64,000 nucleotides of DNA from an uncultured Sediminibacterium sp. (GTDB taxonomy: Bacteria > Bacteroidota > Bacteroidia > Chitinophagales > Chitinophagaceae): positions 10,525 to 74,524 of the forward strand of contig CAZLKW010000001.1 in the NCBI GenBank assembly GCA_964560215.1, written 5' to 3'. The position numbers and the translations under genes are program-made. A model generated the notes under the pieces. It did not search any database. It saw only the letters and a program-made list of their open reading frames with translations, and was not told the origin of the DNA. The first letter of the stretch is position 1. Each line of letters begins with the position of its first letter. This document shows, one piece after another, positions 48,937 to 58,637 of the stretch.

Positions 48937-49224
48937 ATGAATATAGATTCACTCATCATTTTGCTTTATGTGCTTGTACTTGCAAGTTATCTGGGCTTTG
49001 AATTAATTGCAAAAGTTCCCCCTACTTTGCATACACCCTTAATGTCCGGATCAAATGCAATTTCAGGCATCACTATTGTAGGTGCGCTATTGGCTTGTAA
49101 TGAACTTGGATATAGCACTTTGAGTAAGTGGCTAGGCATGTTAGCATTGGTACTTGCGGTTATAAATGTAGTGGGTGGATATGCGGTTACAGATAGAATG
49201 CTTAAAATGTTTAAGAAAAAATAA
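48937..49224 (+). CDS. pntA: NAD(P) transhydrogenase alpha subunit, membrane part
   Basis: VPPTLHTPLMSGSNAISG, NVVGGY.VTDRML.MF. Confidence 0.95.
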   Translation: MNIDSLIILLYVLVLASYLGFELIAKVPPTLHTPLMSGSNAISGITIVGALLACNELGYSTLSKWLGMLALVLAVINVVGGYAVTDRMLKMFKKK

Positions 49225-50606
49225 TGATTACAATTCAAATACTATATCTAATTGCTTCTGTATTATTTATCATTGGAATTAAAATGATGAATAAAACTAA
49301 AGACGCACGAACCGGAAATTTATTCTCATCTGTCGGCATGCTGGTTGCAATTATTGCCACTTTGGTACAAATAGAAATTGTATCTATGACTGAAATTTTT
49401 ATTTGCATCATTATTGGATCTATTATCGGCTTATATTATGCTTATAAAGTTGAGATGACACAAATTCCAGAAATGGTAGCCATTTTTAACGGATTTGGAG
49501 GACTAGCATCTGTTGCAGTAGCTGTATCTGATTTTTGGTTAAAAGCCAATATCAATATGCTACAAATAGACCTGATAATTACGATTAGTATAATTTTAAG
49601 TGTCTTTATTGGAGCGCTCACCTTTACAGGATCAATCATTGCATTTTTAAAACTTAATGGCAGGATAACTGGGAGTCCTATCACATTTAAAGGGCAACAT
49701 GTAATTAATCTAATTTTACTACTTCTTTTTATAGCTGTATCTGTTTTCGCAGGAGTATATCAATTAGATACAACGATTGTCATCATCCTTACTTTTATAG
49801 CATTGCTACTTGGTATACTAACTGTATTGCCAATAGGAGGGGCAGACATGCCTGTAGTGATCTCTTTATTAAATTCATACTCGGGAATGGCAGCTTGTAC
49901 AACAGGCTTTATTTTAAATAATAATGTTTTGATTGTGGCGGGCGCATTAGTGGGTGCATCTGGTATTATACTTACTCAAATAATGTGTAAGTCAATGAAT
50001 CGTTCTTTGATTAATGTATTATTAGGTGGCTTTGGACAATCAGTTACCAAAGCCGTATCTGATGGTCCAGAAATAATCGTTAAAGAAGTGGGTGTAGAGG
50101 AGGCTGCTATGTTATTTGATGGCGCATCTTCTGTAATAGTTGTTCCTGGATATGGAATGGCGGTTGCACAAGCACAACACGTAATTCGTGAACTTTATGA
50201 ACTTTGCGAGAAGAAGCATATTGATTTTAAATTTGCTATCCATCCTGTTGCTGGAAGAATGCCAGGACATATGAATGTATTATTAGCGGAAGCAAATATT
50301 TCCTATGATAAGTTAATTGAAATGGATCAGATTAATGACGAGTTTTCAAATACCGATCTTGTTTTTGTTGTAGGTGCTAATGACGTGGTAAATCCAGCCG
50401 CTCAAACTAATCCGCAAAGTCCAATCTTTGGCATGCCTATTTTAAACGCAAGTAAAGCAAGAACGGTAATCGTAAGCAAAAGAAGTATGGGTAAGGGATA
50501 TGCCGGAGTAGAAAATGAATTATTTGGATATCCTAATTGTTTAATGTTATTTGGAGATGCCAAACAAACAATTGGAAAATTGGTTATCGCTTTAAAAGAG
50601 CTTTAA
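49224..50606 (+). CDS. pntB: NAD(P) transhydrogenase beta subunit
   Basis: IGGADMPVVISLLNSYSG, PGYGMAVAQAQ, HPVAGRMPGHMNV, GANDVVNPAA. Confidence 0.97.
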   Translation: MITIQILYLIASVLFIIGIKMMNKTKDARTGNLFSSVGMLVAIIATLVQIEIVSMTEIFICIIIGSIIGLYYAYKVEMTQIPEMVAIFNGFGGLASVAVAVSDFWLKANINMLQIDLIITISIILSVFIGALTFTGSIIAFLKLNGRITGSPITFKGQHVINLILLLLFIAVSVFAGVYQLDTTIVIILTFIALLLGILTVLPIGGADMPVVISLLNSYSGMAACTTGFILNNNVLIVAGALVGASGIILTQIMCKSMNRSLINVLLGGFGQSVTKAVSDGPEIIVKEVGVEEAAMLFDGASSVIVVPGYGMAVAQAQHVIRELYELCEKKHIDFKFAIHPVAGRMPGHMNVLLAEANISYDKLIEMDQINDEFSNTDLVFVVGANDVVNPAAQTNPQSPIFGMPILNASKARTVIVSKRSMGKGYAGVENELFGYPNCLMLFGDAKQTIGKLVIALKEL

Positions 50607-50669
50607 TACAAACAAATCAACAATCAAGTTTAGCATCTTTCTGCAATTAAAAATTTGAGGTTTTAGGGG

Positions 50670-51401
50670 GCGGCTGCCTTTGATGTGAATGGGGGTGTCT
50701 TTGAACCATTGCTTGGAGATAAGGATGCAATCATTTCCGATTCCTTAAACCATGCTTCCATCATATATGGTGTGAGACTTACAAAGTCCATGAGGTATAG
50801 GTATGAACATAATTCTATGGAAGATCTAGAGACAAAATTAAAAAAGCAATTGCTGCAGGGGCGGTTCAAAAAATAATTGTTACCGATGGCGCATTCTCCG
50901 TGGATGGTACCATTGCGCAACTAGATAAAATTGTAGCATTAGCCGAAAAGTATGAAGCACTGGTGATGAGTGACGAGTGTCATACAACTGGTTTTATTGG
51001 AAAAACAGGAAGAGGTGTTCATGAATTAAAAGGCGTGATGGGTAAGGTGGATATCATTACGGGAACCTTAGGTAAAGCACTGGGTGGTGCATCTGGTGGT
51101 TTCACCTCTGGTAAAAAAGAAATCATTGAACTATTAAGACAACGCCAAGGCCTTATTTATTTTCAAACCACGTACTCATCCCATTATACCTATCATGTTA
51201 TATGATGCAGTTGTTTCACAAAATATGGCAGAGAAATTATTAGAAAAGGGAATTTATGTAATTGGCTTTTACTACCCTGTTGTACCAAAAGGCCAAGCTA
51301 GAATTCGTGTACAAATTTCTGCTGCACACAGTATTGCTCAATTAGACCAAGCAATTCAAGCATTTATTGAAGTAGGCAAGGAACTAGGAGTGATTAAGTA
51401 A
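50670..51401 (+). pseudogene. kbl: Glycine C-acetyltransferase pseudogene (5'-truncated, frameshifted, internal deletion)
   Basis: Fragments in several frames: [28 protein letters not shown] / [25 protein letters not shown] / RPYLFSN directly joined to [12 protein letters not shown]...[13 protein letters not shown]. Confidence 0.9.
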
Positions 51402-51426
51402 AAATTTTCAATAAACCTTTAGTAAT

Positions 51427-51678
51427 ATGTGGAATAAGTCCGATGACTGGGTTGAAATAAATAATAAATCCGAAAAGACATTTAGGTTTAATAACTACAA
51501 CGACGTAGTCTTATTCTCCAATAAAGTAATGCAAATTGCAATGGACCAAGACCATCACCCTGAAATCAATATTCATTATAACTTTGTAAAAGTAAAAATC
51601 ACTGATTATGAGAAAGGTGCTGTTTCAGAAATATGCCACCGCTTTATGAGTGAAGTAAATAGGATTAAATTTGACTAA
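51427..51678 (+). CDS. Pterin-4-alpha-carbinolamine dehydratase
   Basis: F.F..Y, DHHPEI motif. Confidence 0.85.
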   Translation: MWNKSDDWVEINNKSEKTFRFNNYNDVVLFSNKVMQIAMDQDHHPEINIHYNFVKVKITDYEKGAVSEICHRFMSEVNRIKFD

Positions 51679-52855
51679 TAGATTTTATATACACAGAAGG
51701 GGTAACGCCCTTTCGCTCTTTAAAAGCATCAATGAATTTTGATCTAGAAGCAAACCCGGAGTTAGATGCAATAGCCTCAATCGTTAAATTTTTAGACTCG
51801 CCTTGTTCGATCATTTTACAAACATAATCGATTCTCAGATTCTTTCTCCACTCGCTAAAAGTGATTTCTAATTCTTTATTAAAATAGATGGACAATGTTC
51901 TTTCTGGAATTTTTAAATCGAAAGACATTTGAGACAAAGAAAATTCTTTTTGTATATAAGGACTTCCTTTTAAATATGCATTTATTGCTTCTTCGAAATC
52001 TTGTATGTTAGCAGATTCCTTGATCTTTTTTGGTAAACTTTGCTTGAACTCCTCAATGAAACCTTCTTTACCTTGCTCAACTGTATAAGATACGTTTCCA
52101 TAAAGAATCTTAGGGAATAAGAATAAGAAAATATTTTGCAAGAAAAACCCACCACCACAAATTTCAAAATAGTATTTCTCAGAAAATATTTCAGCTGAAG
52201 GAATACCAATAATAGAAAAATGATAGCCATAAACAGTAAACATATGTCCAATACTATTTAAAGCAATTACAATCTGAATCCCACAAAGTAAAAAGAACCA
52301 TTTCTTTAATAACATATGGTTAGAATGCAAACGGCCGAACTTTTTAAAAGTATGTTTACTTTGAATTAAAAAGTAAACAATAGAGCCAATCGCATAAATT
52401 AATAAGTGCGCTGATCTTGAAAACAAGATAAACTCAAATGAAACGAATAAAAAATTAAGCCTATAGTCCTCCGTGATATTAACTATCTCGTGCGCAATTT
52501 TCATTTTTTGATCAAATGGTAGGGTCGTAAATGGCAAACAATTAATAATTGTAAGGAAAGCTGGCAGTAAATGCAGCCAATCCCATTTTTGTAATTTATT
52601 ATTATCTGCCAAGGTGGTCTTAACATAATAGAACAATAAAGGCCCCAGTAAATAAGAAAAAGGCAGCCAGTTGACAAATGAAACCCCCTCCCAAAAGATG
52701 TCTTTGGTAAAGTGCAGCCCATAATAAACCATCACAACTAGGTTACAGCATAAGAAAAACAAGGCAAGGAAAATATTGGATCTATTTAATGAACTTAGAT
52801 AGTAGATAAGTATGAAAGAAGTAAAAATTCCAAAAAGGGGGAACAAAATAGCCAT
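51665..52855 (-). CDS. Membrane-embedded AraC family transcriptional regulator
   Basis: N-terminal multi-TM (GPLLFYYV, LHLLP); C-terminal HTH TIEAIASNSGFASRSKF..AFK...GVTPS.Y. Confidence 0.92.
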   Translation of the reverse strand: MAILFPLFGIFTSFILIYYLSSLNRSNIFLALFFLCCNLVVMVYYGLHFTKDIFWEGVSFVNWLPFSYLLGPLLFYYVKTTLADNNKLQKWDWLHLLPAFLTIINCLPFTTLPFDQKMKIAHEIVNITEDYRLNFLFVSFEFILFSRSAHLLIYAIGSIVYFLIQSKHTFKKFGRLHSNHMLLKKWFFLLCGIQIVIALNSIGHMFTVYGYHFSIIGIPSAEIFSEKYYFEICGGGFFLQNIFLFLFPKILYGNVSYTVEQGKEGFIEEFKQSLPKKIKESANIQDFEEAINAYLKGSPYIQKEFSLSQMSFDLKIPERTLSIYFNKELEITFSEWRKNLRIDYVCKMIEQGESKNLTIEAIASNSGFASRSKFIDAFKERKGVTPSVYIKSISQI

Positions 52856-52965
52856 AAAGGTCTGATTACTTGATATTTAGTGGTCAAGATAATCAAATTG
52901 GCCTATTTTCATTCGAATTAGCTCTAAATTTTTATATTCTTCCTATTTTCGACATCAAGCTATTT

Positions 52966-52990
52966 TGTTCCAAAATGCCCAAATGGAACA
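52966..52990. promoter_or_regulatory. Operator TGTTCC-N13-GGAACA (copy 1)
   Basis: TGTTCCAAAATGCCCAAATGGAACA; 21/25 identical to the copy at 54546-54570. Confidence 0.75.
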
Positions 52991-53065
52991 TTATTTTAAT
53001 CTTCCTATTTGATTGAAATTCAGGGTTTTCGTTTTTTTAAACATTCAATCATTAAAACAAAAATT

Positions 53066-53575
53066 ATGAAAAAACTTGTATTATTGGCAATCATCGCCAT
53101 TTCGGTTGTTGCATGTACACAAAAGGCTGAAAATGAATCAACAGCAGCTGATCCACATCAATTTGGGTTTAATTATGATAGCACAGCACAAATGGATATT
53201 ATCAAAAGTACTTTTAAGGACATTGAAATTTATGATACAATGAGTTATGCATCTAAATATGCAGATACTGCAGTTTTCCATGACAATCTAAGATTGACTA
53301 ATTTAAATGAAAACGTCCAAATTCTAAATCAGTTTAAAGCAAAAGGAATCACAGTAAAAGTAAAGGATGGATATCCTATGTGGAGCAGTCATTTTAATTT
53401 TAAAGATGGCAACCAAGGCGATTATGTGTATTGTTATTTAACAACCACTTTTACAAAAGGTGAAAAATCAGTAGATGTGGTAATGTTTCAGGCTGATTTA
53501 TTCAATAAAGACGGTAAGATTGTTGAAGAGTGGTTGGTGTATGATCAAACTGCTATTGGCGCATTATTGAATTAA
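53066..53575 (+). CDS. NTF2/SnoaL-like lipoprotein
   Basis: Lipobox VAC; YADTAVFHDN, FNKDGKIVEEWLVYD. Confidence 0.8.
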   Translation: MKKLVLLAIIAISVVACTQKAENESTAADPHQFGFNYDSTAQMDIIKSTFKDIEIYDTMSYASKYADTAVFHDNLRLTNLNENVQILNQFKAKGITVKVKDGYPMWSSHFNFKDGNQGDYVYCYLTTTFTKGEKSVDVVMFQADLFNKDGKIVEEWLVYDQTAIGALLN

Positions 53576-53591
53576 TTTAATCTATTGCAAT

Positions 53592-53622
53592 AAAAAGCCC
53601 CGGCAAACGCCGGGGCTTTTTT
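53592..53622. terminator. Bidirectional terminator
   Basis: A5-GCCCCGGC-aaac-GCCGGGGC-T6. Confidence 0.9.
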
Positions 53623-53652
53623 GTATTTTTTTCAACCTAAACTTTAAACTAT

Positions 53653-54441
53653 TTATTTGCTCACACGCTTATAAGTCTTTATACTAGTCACTTTGTTTAC
53701 AGTATCAACGATGGTTTGAGTAAACTCATCAGCACCATTGAATGATACTGGGATATTGTATTTACCAGTCCAAGCTTTATTGCTAGAAAATGTTAAATTC
53801 TCGGTTAAGTCATTGTTATTCAATGTAAAAGTACCTTGGCCAACATGCTTCATATAAGTGGTGCTTGTTGCATTCTCTAATGCTCTAGCAGCCCACATAA
53901 AATGACCAGCATGGAAAACTTTATATTCATTGTAAGTATTCACCACTGAATCTTGACCAGTTACATTGATACTTTTTGTTTGGTGCCATACGCCATCTAG
54001 TGCAGATGTACCAGTTGCAGCGATAGAAGTGTAAGTTTCTTTTAAGCTCCACTTTTCCCCATTCATCATAAATTCTGGGATAGTTTGTGTGTAGCCTTTT
54101 TCAGATTGAACGATGTCTAAATTTGCTACTTGAGTAGAATCAAGCGTATTTGTATTGAAAATGTTCGTTTCTACTATTTTACCAGCAGCAAAAGTATAAG
54201 TACCAACACCAAATCCAACAGATGAATCCTTACCTTGATAGATAAAGAAGTAAGCTTCAGGGGTATACAATTTGAATTGTGTATTTCCTTCAGAAGCTAA
54301 ATTAACAGTTTCAATTGTCCCGTCAGATACGACAGCTTGGTCCATACTGTAAACTCCTACAATTGATTCCGTCTTAGATGCTTCAGAGCAGCTAGCCAAT
54401 AAGGCAGTCATGGCAAAGCCTAAAAAGATGTTTTTTTTCAT
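53653..54441 (-). CDS. Lipoprotein with tandem lipocalin-like repeats
   Basis: Lipobox ASC; two repeats beginning IVGVY/LDGVW, each with G.GTY/F. Confidence 0.7.
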   Translation of the reverse strand: MKKNIFLGFAMTALLASCSEASKTESIVGVYSMDQAVVSDGTIETVNLASEGNTQFKLYTPEAYFFIYQGKDSSVGFGVGTYTFAAGKIVETNIFNTNTLDSTQVANLDIVQSEKGYTQTIPEFMMNGEKWSLKETYTSIAATGTSALDGVWHQTKSINVTGQDSVVNTYNEYKVFHAGHFMWAARALENATSTTYMKHVGQGTFTLNNNDLTENLTFSSNKAWTGKYNIPVSFNGADEFTQTIVDTVNKVTSIKTYKRVSK

Positions 54442-54545
54442 GTTTGTGTTTGATTTGTGATTTAAGCAATAAGATCCAAAAATGATCTTAGCGGTTTAAA
54501 ACTACTAAGCCCCAGCTTTTATAGATACTTACCAATAGGATAAGT

Positions 54546-54570
54546 TGTTCCAAAAAGGGCAAAAGGAACA
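54546..54570. promoter_or_regulatory. Operator TGTTCC-N13-GGAACA (copy 2)
   Basis: TGTTCCAAAAAGGGCAAAAGGAACA between divergent lipoprotein genes. Confidence 0.75.
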
Positions 54571-54645
54571 AATTATAAGCAGTATCAACTGAAATAACCT
54601 ATCCGCAGGGCTAAATTGCTGCTTCATCAAACATAAAATCCAAGT

Positions 54646-55131
54646 ATGAAAAAGTTCATTTTATCTTGCTTTGTAGTAAGTTCTATTATTGCATGTTCTC
54701 CAAAAACAGAATCTATTGGAACAGGAGCTGGAACTATAGTGACTACTGGTCCTGAAGTCGAGGCGATGAAAAATAGTTTTACTGCTTTTGCAAATGGAAA
54801 CTGGGATGAATTAACAACCTACTTCGCTGACTCTGCTGTATCCTATCATAATGTTTGGCCTCTTGATACAACTGTAAAAGGTGTTCCAATAAAAGACATG
54901 ATTGAGAATTTCAAAAAAGACAGACCAAATTACGAAGGCAATTTCCAATTAAACACGCCAATTGTAGAAGTAGTCACAATGGCTAATGGTAGCAAGTACG
55001 GCCATATTTGGGTAGAAATAACTGCACAACGTAAAGATGGTAAAAAAATTAAACAAGTAGTGTTTAATTCATTTGGTATTAATAAAGATGGCAAGTTCAC
55101 TTCTGAGTGGCCAATTTATGATAACCAATAA
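54646..55131 (+). CDS. NTF2/SnoaL-like lipoprotein
   Basis: Lipobox IAC; YFADSAVSYHN, INKDGKFTSEWPIYD; distant paralog of 53066-53575. Confidence 0.8.
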   Translation: MKKFILSCFVVSSIIACSPKTESIGTGAGTIVTTGPEVEAMKNSFTAFANGNWDELTTYFADSAVSYHNVWPLDTTVKGVPIKDMIENFKKDRPNYEGNFQLNTPIVEVVTMANGSKYGHIWVEITAQRKDGKKIKQVVFNSFGINKDGKFTSEWPIYDNQ

Positions 55132-55169
55132 GATTTAAAATTTCGAGTGTAAGATTGGTATAAATACGT

Positions 55170-55201
55170 AAGCGCTCCGTGATTTCACGGGGCGCTTTTT
55201 T
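55170..55201 (+). terminator. Intrinsic terminator
   Basis: AAGCGCTCCGTGA-tt-TCACGGGGCGCTT plus T run. Confidence 0.85.
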
Positions 55202-55233
55202 GTATCTTTAATTTCAAATTAAATTTAACTGCT

Positions 55234-55743
55234 ATGACAAAGCCATTAAATACATGTATATGGTTTGACTGAAAATCAAAAGAGGCATTTTTATTTTACA
55301 AGGAAGTTTTTGGAGATGTTGAATTGATTTCCGAAAATCCCTTTGTTGTAAATTATAATTTATTTGGTCGACGCTTTATGCATTTAAATGGTGGTCCAGG
55401 ACATACAGGTGATTTAGATATTTGGATTAATAGTTCAGAAACGAATGCTGAAAAATTAGTACTTGCCATAAATGAATTTGGACTAGCAAGTTTAGGATTA
55501 ACAAAATCTGATTTTATGCAAGCCGGTTATGTTACACAAATAGGATACCCACCACTTAGAATTTATATACTGAATGCCATTGATGGAGTGAAATTTGAAG
55601 ACGCTTTCCCAAATAAATTACTTGTGGATGTAAATGGGATTGAAGTAAAATATATAGGTTTGAAAGAATTCATAGAGAACAAAACAGCTTCAGGCAGAAT
55701 TCAGGATATTGCTGATTTGAAAGAGATTAATGAATTGAAATAA
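55234..55743 (+). pseudogene. Chimeric relic: VOC/PhnB-like N-terminus (in-frame TGA) fused to a nucleotidyltransferase C-terminus
   Basis: MTKPLNTCIWFD*KSKEAF.FY...FMHLNGGP then HTGDLDIWIN...NKTASGRIQDIADL in one frame; TGA at 55270-55272. Confidence 0.8.
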
Positions 55744-55787
55744 TGAATAATTGTATTGAAGGCGTATAAATTATTGTATTTTTATGT

Positions 55788-57080
55788 ATGCTAGTTACAA
55801 TAAAAAAATATTTTTCTATAAAACAAGATATTGATTCATTTGATAATATTCATGAAACAATCATTCAAGGAATAAAATTCAAAGGGACAAATTTAATTGT
55901 ACTTGTATTTGCAATTTTTATAGCGTCATTAGGTTTAAATATTAATTCAACTGCAGTAATTATTGGTGCAATGTTAATATCGCCTTTGATGGGGCCAATT
56001 ATTGGAATTGGTTTCGGTGCGTCTACTTATAATCCGGTTCTTATAAAAGAGGCCATTAAAAATTATCTTTTTGCCACTTTAGTTAGTTTGTTGACTTCAA
56101 CTATTTATTTCTTAGTTAGTCCTATTGACGATGCACAATCTGAATTGTTAGCAAGAACTACTCCCAATATTTATGATGTTTTAATAGCATTGTTTGGCGG
56201 ATTTGCCGGAATTACCGCTATCACTAGTAAATTTAAAGGAAACATTTTACCGGGAGTTGCAATTGCAACAGCCCTGATGCCTCCTTTGTGTACAGCTGGA
56301 TATGGATTAGCAACCTTGCAATTAACGTACAGTTTAGGGGCGTTATATTTATATTTTATAAATACTGTATTTATCATTTTGTCCTCTTATTTGTATTTAA
56401 AATTTATCGACTATCCAATACAAGAAAATAAACAAAATAAAAATGTCATAAAAACTAATAGAATAATTTATTGGATTTCAATTATAACAATCATCCCAAG
56501 TATCTATTTAGGGTATGATTTGATAAATAAAAACCAATTCAATAGAAATGCAAATAAATATATTAGCACTGAATTTAATTTTTCAAATACCTTAGTTTTA
56601 AAGAAAGTAATTAAACCCAGTAAAAATACAATTCAACTATTTTTAGCTGGATATAAGCTAGATTCTAACGAGCTTATTGATTTGACAAATAAGAAAAATA
56701 AATATAATTTAGAAAATACTAAAATTGAAATAAATCAAGGTGCAACATTTGAAAAAAATAGTAATGACTTTAATGATAATCAACAAAATATATTAGAAAA
56801 AACAAATAACATTTTAAATAATATATTAGATAGTATAGCAAGAAAACAACAAAACCATCTTGAATTAACAAAAGAATTGAAATTCATTGACCCTAATATA
56901 GATACAGGATACATTATTAACAATACTTTATTTAATACAAATCAAACTTATCAGAATATTACAATTATTTTAGAGACAATCAAAGCAGATCGAAAAAGTA
57001 AAATTGATAGTGCAAAAATTGCCAATTGGTTAAAAGTTCGACTGCCTAAAGATTCTATCATAATTAAAATTATAAAATGA
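55788..57080 (+). CDS. DUF389 / TIGR00341 family membrane protein
   Basis: AVIIGAMLISPLMGPI, ELLARTTP, GVAIATALMPPL. Confidence 0.93.
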   Translation: MLVTIKKYFSIKQDIDSFDNIHETIIQGIKFKGTNLIVLVFAIFIASLGLNINSTAVIIGAMLISPLMGPIIGIGFGASTYNPVLIKEAIKNYLFATLVSLLTSTIYFLVSPIDDAQSELLARTTPNIYDVLIALFGGFAGITAITSKFKGNILPGVAIATALMPPLCTAGYGLATLQLTYSLGALYLYFINTVFIILSSYLYLKFIDYPIQENKQNKNVIKTNRIIYWISIITIIPSIYLGYDLINKNQFNRNANKYISTEFNFSNTLVLKKVIKPSKNTIQLFLAGYKLDSNELIDLTNKKNKYNLENTKIEINQGATFEKNSNDFNDNQQNILEKTNNILNNILDSIARKQQNHLELTKELKFIDPNIDTGYIINNTLFNTNQTYQNITIILETIKADRKSKIDSAKIANWLKVRLPKDSIIIKIIK

Positions 57081-58450
57081 TAAGTGTAATTATTCCGGCT
57101 TTAAATGAGGCTAAAACAATAAAGGAAGTGATTGATATATTAAATCAATCAGCCTTAGTTGATGAGATTATTGTAGTAGACGACAAGTCATTAGATGATA
57201 CTGTTGCTATCTCCTTAAAAGCAGGAGCAAAAGTTATTACTGGTACTAAATTAGGGAAAGGGGCATCTATGAAGGATGGCCTATTAATTGCCAAGAATGA
57301 AGTCATTATATTTTTAGATGCAGATATTACAACCTATCCCAAGGATATAGTTGAATTAATGACAGATCCAATTTTAAATGAAGAAATTGATTTTGTAAAA
57401 ACATATTTTACAAGACAAGCAGGAAGGGTAACTGAATTAGTAGCAAAACCACTTTTATCAATTTTATATCCAAGTTTCCCTGTTTTCATTCAACCTTTAA
57501 GCGGGATGATTGCAGGAAAAAAGTCATTATTTACTAAAATTGATTTTGAAGAAGGTTATGGAGTAGATATTGGTATATTAATTGATATGTACAAACTTGG
57601 GGCTAAAATTAAGGAAGTGAATATTGGCAATATTGAGAATCGAATGCAATCCTTGGAACAACTAGGAAAAATGTCTAAAGCAGTTGCATCTACAATTATT
57701 GACAAAGCTGCCAATTTTGGTAAAAAGAATTTAGAAGTACTAGAAAATATACAAGTAATTAGAGAACAAATGGAATTTGCAATTAATGAAAAGTCTAAAC
57801 AACTTTCTAAAATTGCCATTTTTGATATGGATAATACTTTACTAACGAAAAGTTTTATACATGCATGTTCTCAAAAATTTAATTTCCAATCGGAATTGCT
57901 TGATATAGTTAGTTCGCAACAAAATCCATTTATTCGAACAAAACAAATTGCTAAATTATTAAAAGGGAAGACAGTTAACGATCTAATTCAAGTTGCGGAG
58001 GAAATACCAATAACTACTAATGCAGAAAAGTTAATTTATCACTTGAGAGAAAGGGGTTATAAAATAGGCATCATAAGTGACAGTTACGATTATATTACTA
58101 ATTATTTTGTAAATAAATTAAGGTTAGACTTTTCTTTGGCTAACGAATTAGAATTTTCAAAAAGCATTGTTACTGGTGAAGTTAAAATACCTTCGTTTTT
58201 TCTTCCAAATTCTAAAAGCATTTGCAATCATGAAATTTGTAAATCTCATGCACTTGTTACTATTTGTAATGAATTAACTATAGATATTGAAAATACTATT
58301 GCAATTGGAGATGGTGAGAATGATATTTGTATGGTCAGAAAAGCTGGCATAGGTATTGCCTATTGCTCGTCAAATCAAACACTTAATTTAGTAGCTGATT
58401 TTATAATTAAAGAAAAAGACATGGGTTTAATAAATGATTTAATTAGTTAA
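57077..58450 (+). CDS. Bifunctional glucosyl-3-phosphoglycerate synthase-like glycosyltransferase plus HAD (SerB-like) phosphatase
   Basis: N-terminal IPALNE, GKG, LDAD, GRVTELVAKPLL, QPLSG, YGVDIGILID; C-terminal FDMDNTL, ISD, K, IGDGEND. Confidence 0.85.
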   Translation: MISVIIPALNEAKTIKEVIDILNQSALVDEIIVVDDKSLDDTVAISLKAGAKVITGTKLGKGASMKDGLLIAKNEVIIFLDADITTYPKDIVELMTDPILNEEIDFVKTYFTRQAGRVTELVAKPLLSILYPSFPVFIQPLSGMIAGKKSLFTKIDFEEGYGVDIGILIDMYKLGAKIKEVNIGNIENRMQSLEQLGKMSKAVASTIIDKAANFGKKNLEVLENIQVIREQMEFAINEKSKQLSKIAIFDMDNTLLTKSFIHACSQKFNFQSELLDIVSSQQNPFIRTKQIAKLLKGKTVNDLIQVAEEIPITTNAEKLIYHLRERGYKIGIISDSYDYITNYFVNKLRLDFSLANELEFSKSIVTGEVKIPSFFLPNSKSICNHEICKSHALVTICNELTIDIENTIAIGDGENDICMVRKAGIGIAYCSSNQTLNLVADFIIKEKDMGLINDLIS

Positions 58451-58485
58451 TTAAATCTGTAGGATTGTATAATGATATATAAGTT

Positions 58486-58637
58486 CTCCATCATCTTTTC
58501 CCTTTTTAAAACACAAAACTTGGTCATAATTTACCCCAAAAAAACGGGTCTACGCTTTTATCAGTATAAATTCTTGATAATGATACCTTTCGGCTGTGGG
58601 CCCACCAGGGTAGATCCTGGGACCCCCTGATTATGAG
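58486..58637. repeat. Imperfect direct repeat of 61102-61271 (tRNA 3' half plus about 110 bp of downstream arm)
   Basis: Shared blocks ACACAAAAC, GGGTCTA, CTTGATAATG, CCTTTCGGCTGTGGGCCCACCAGGG, GATCCTGGGACCCCCTGATTATGAG. Confidence 0.95.
58597..58637 (-). repeat. 3' fragment of tRNA-Ile2(CAT), attR-like site
   Basis: Matches tRNA 61230-61271 from discriminator to anticodon loop with a small T-loop lesion; similarity stops in the anticodon loop. Confidence 0.9.

Noticed and set aside
50840-50880. Programmed frameshifting in kbl at A-runs
   Set aside because: Several independent lesions plus truncation and internal deletion indicate decay
55270-55272. Selenocysteine or readthrough at the in-frame TGA
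   Set aside because: Position usually holds Gly in WFDG of VOC proteins (GGA to TGA); no SECIS-like hairpin; gene is also truncated
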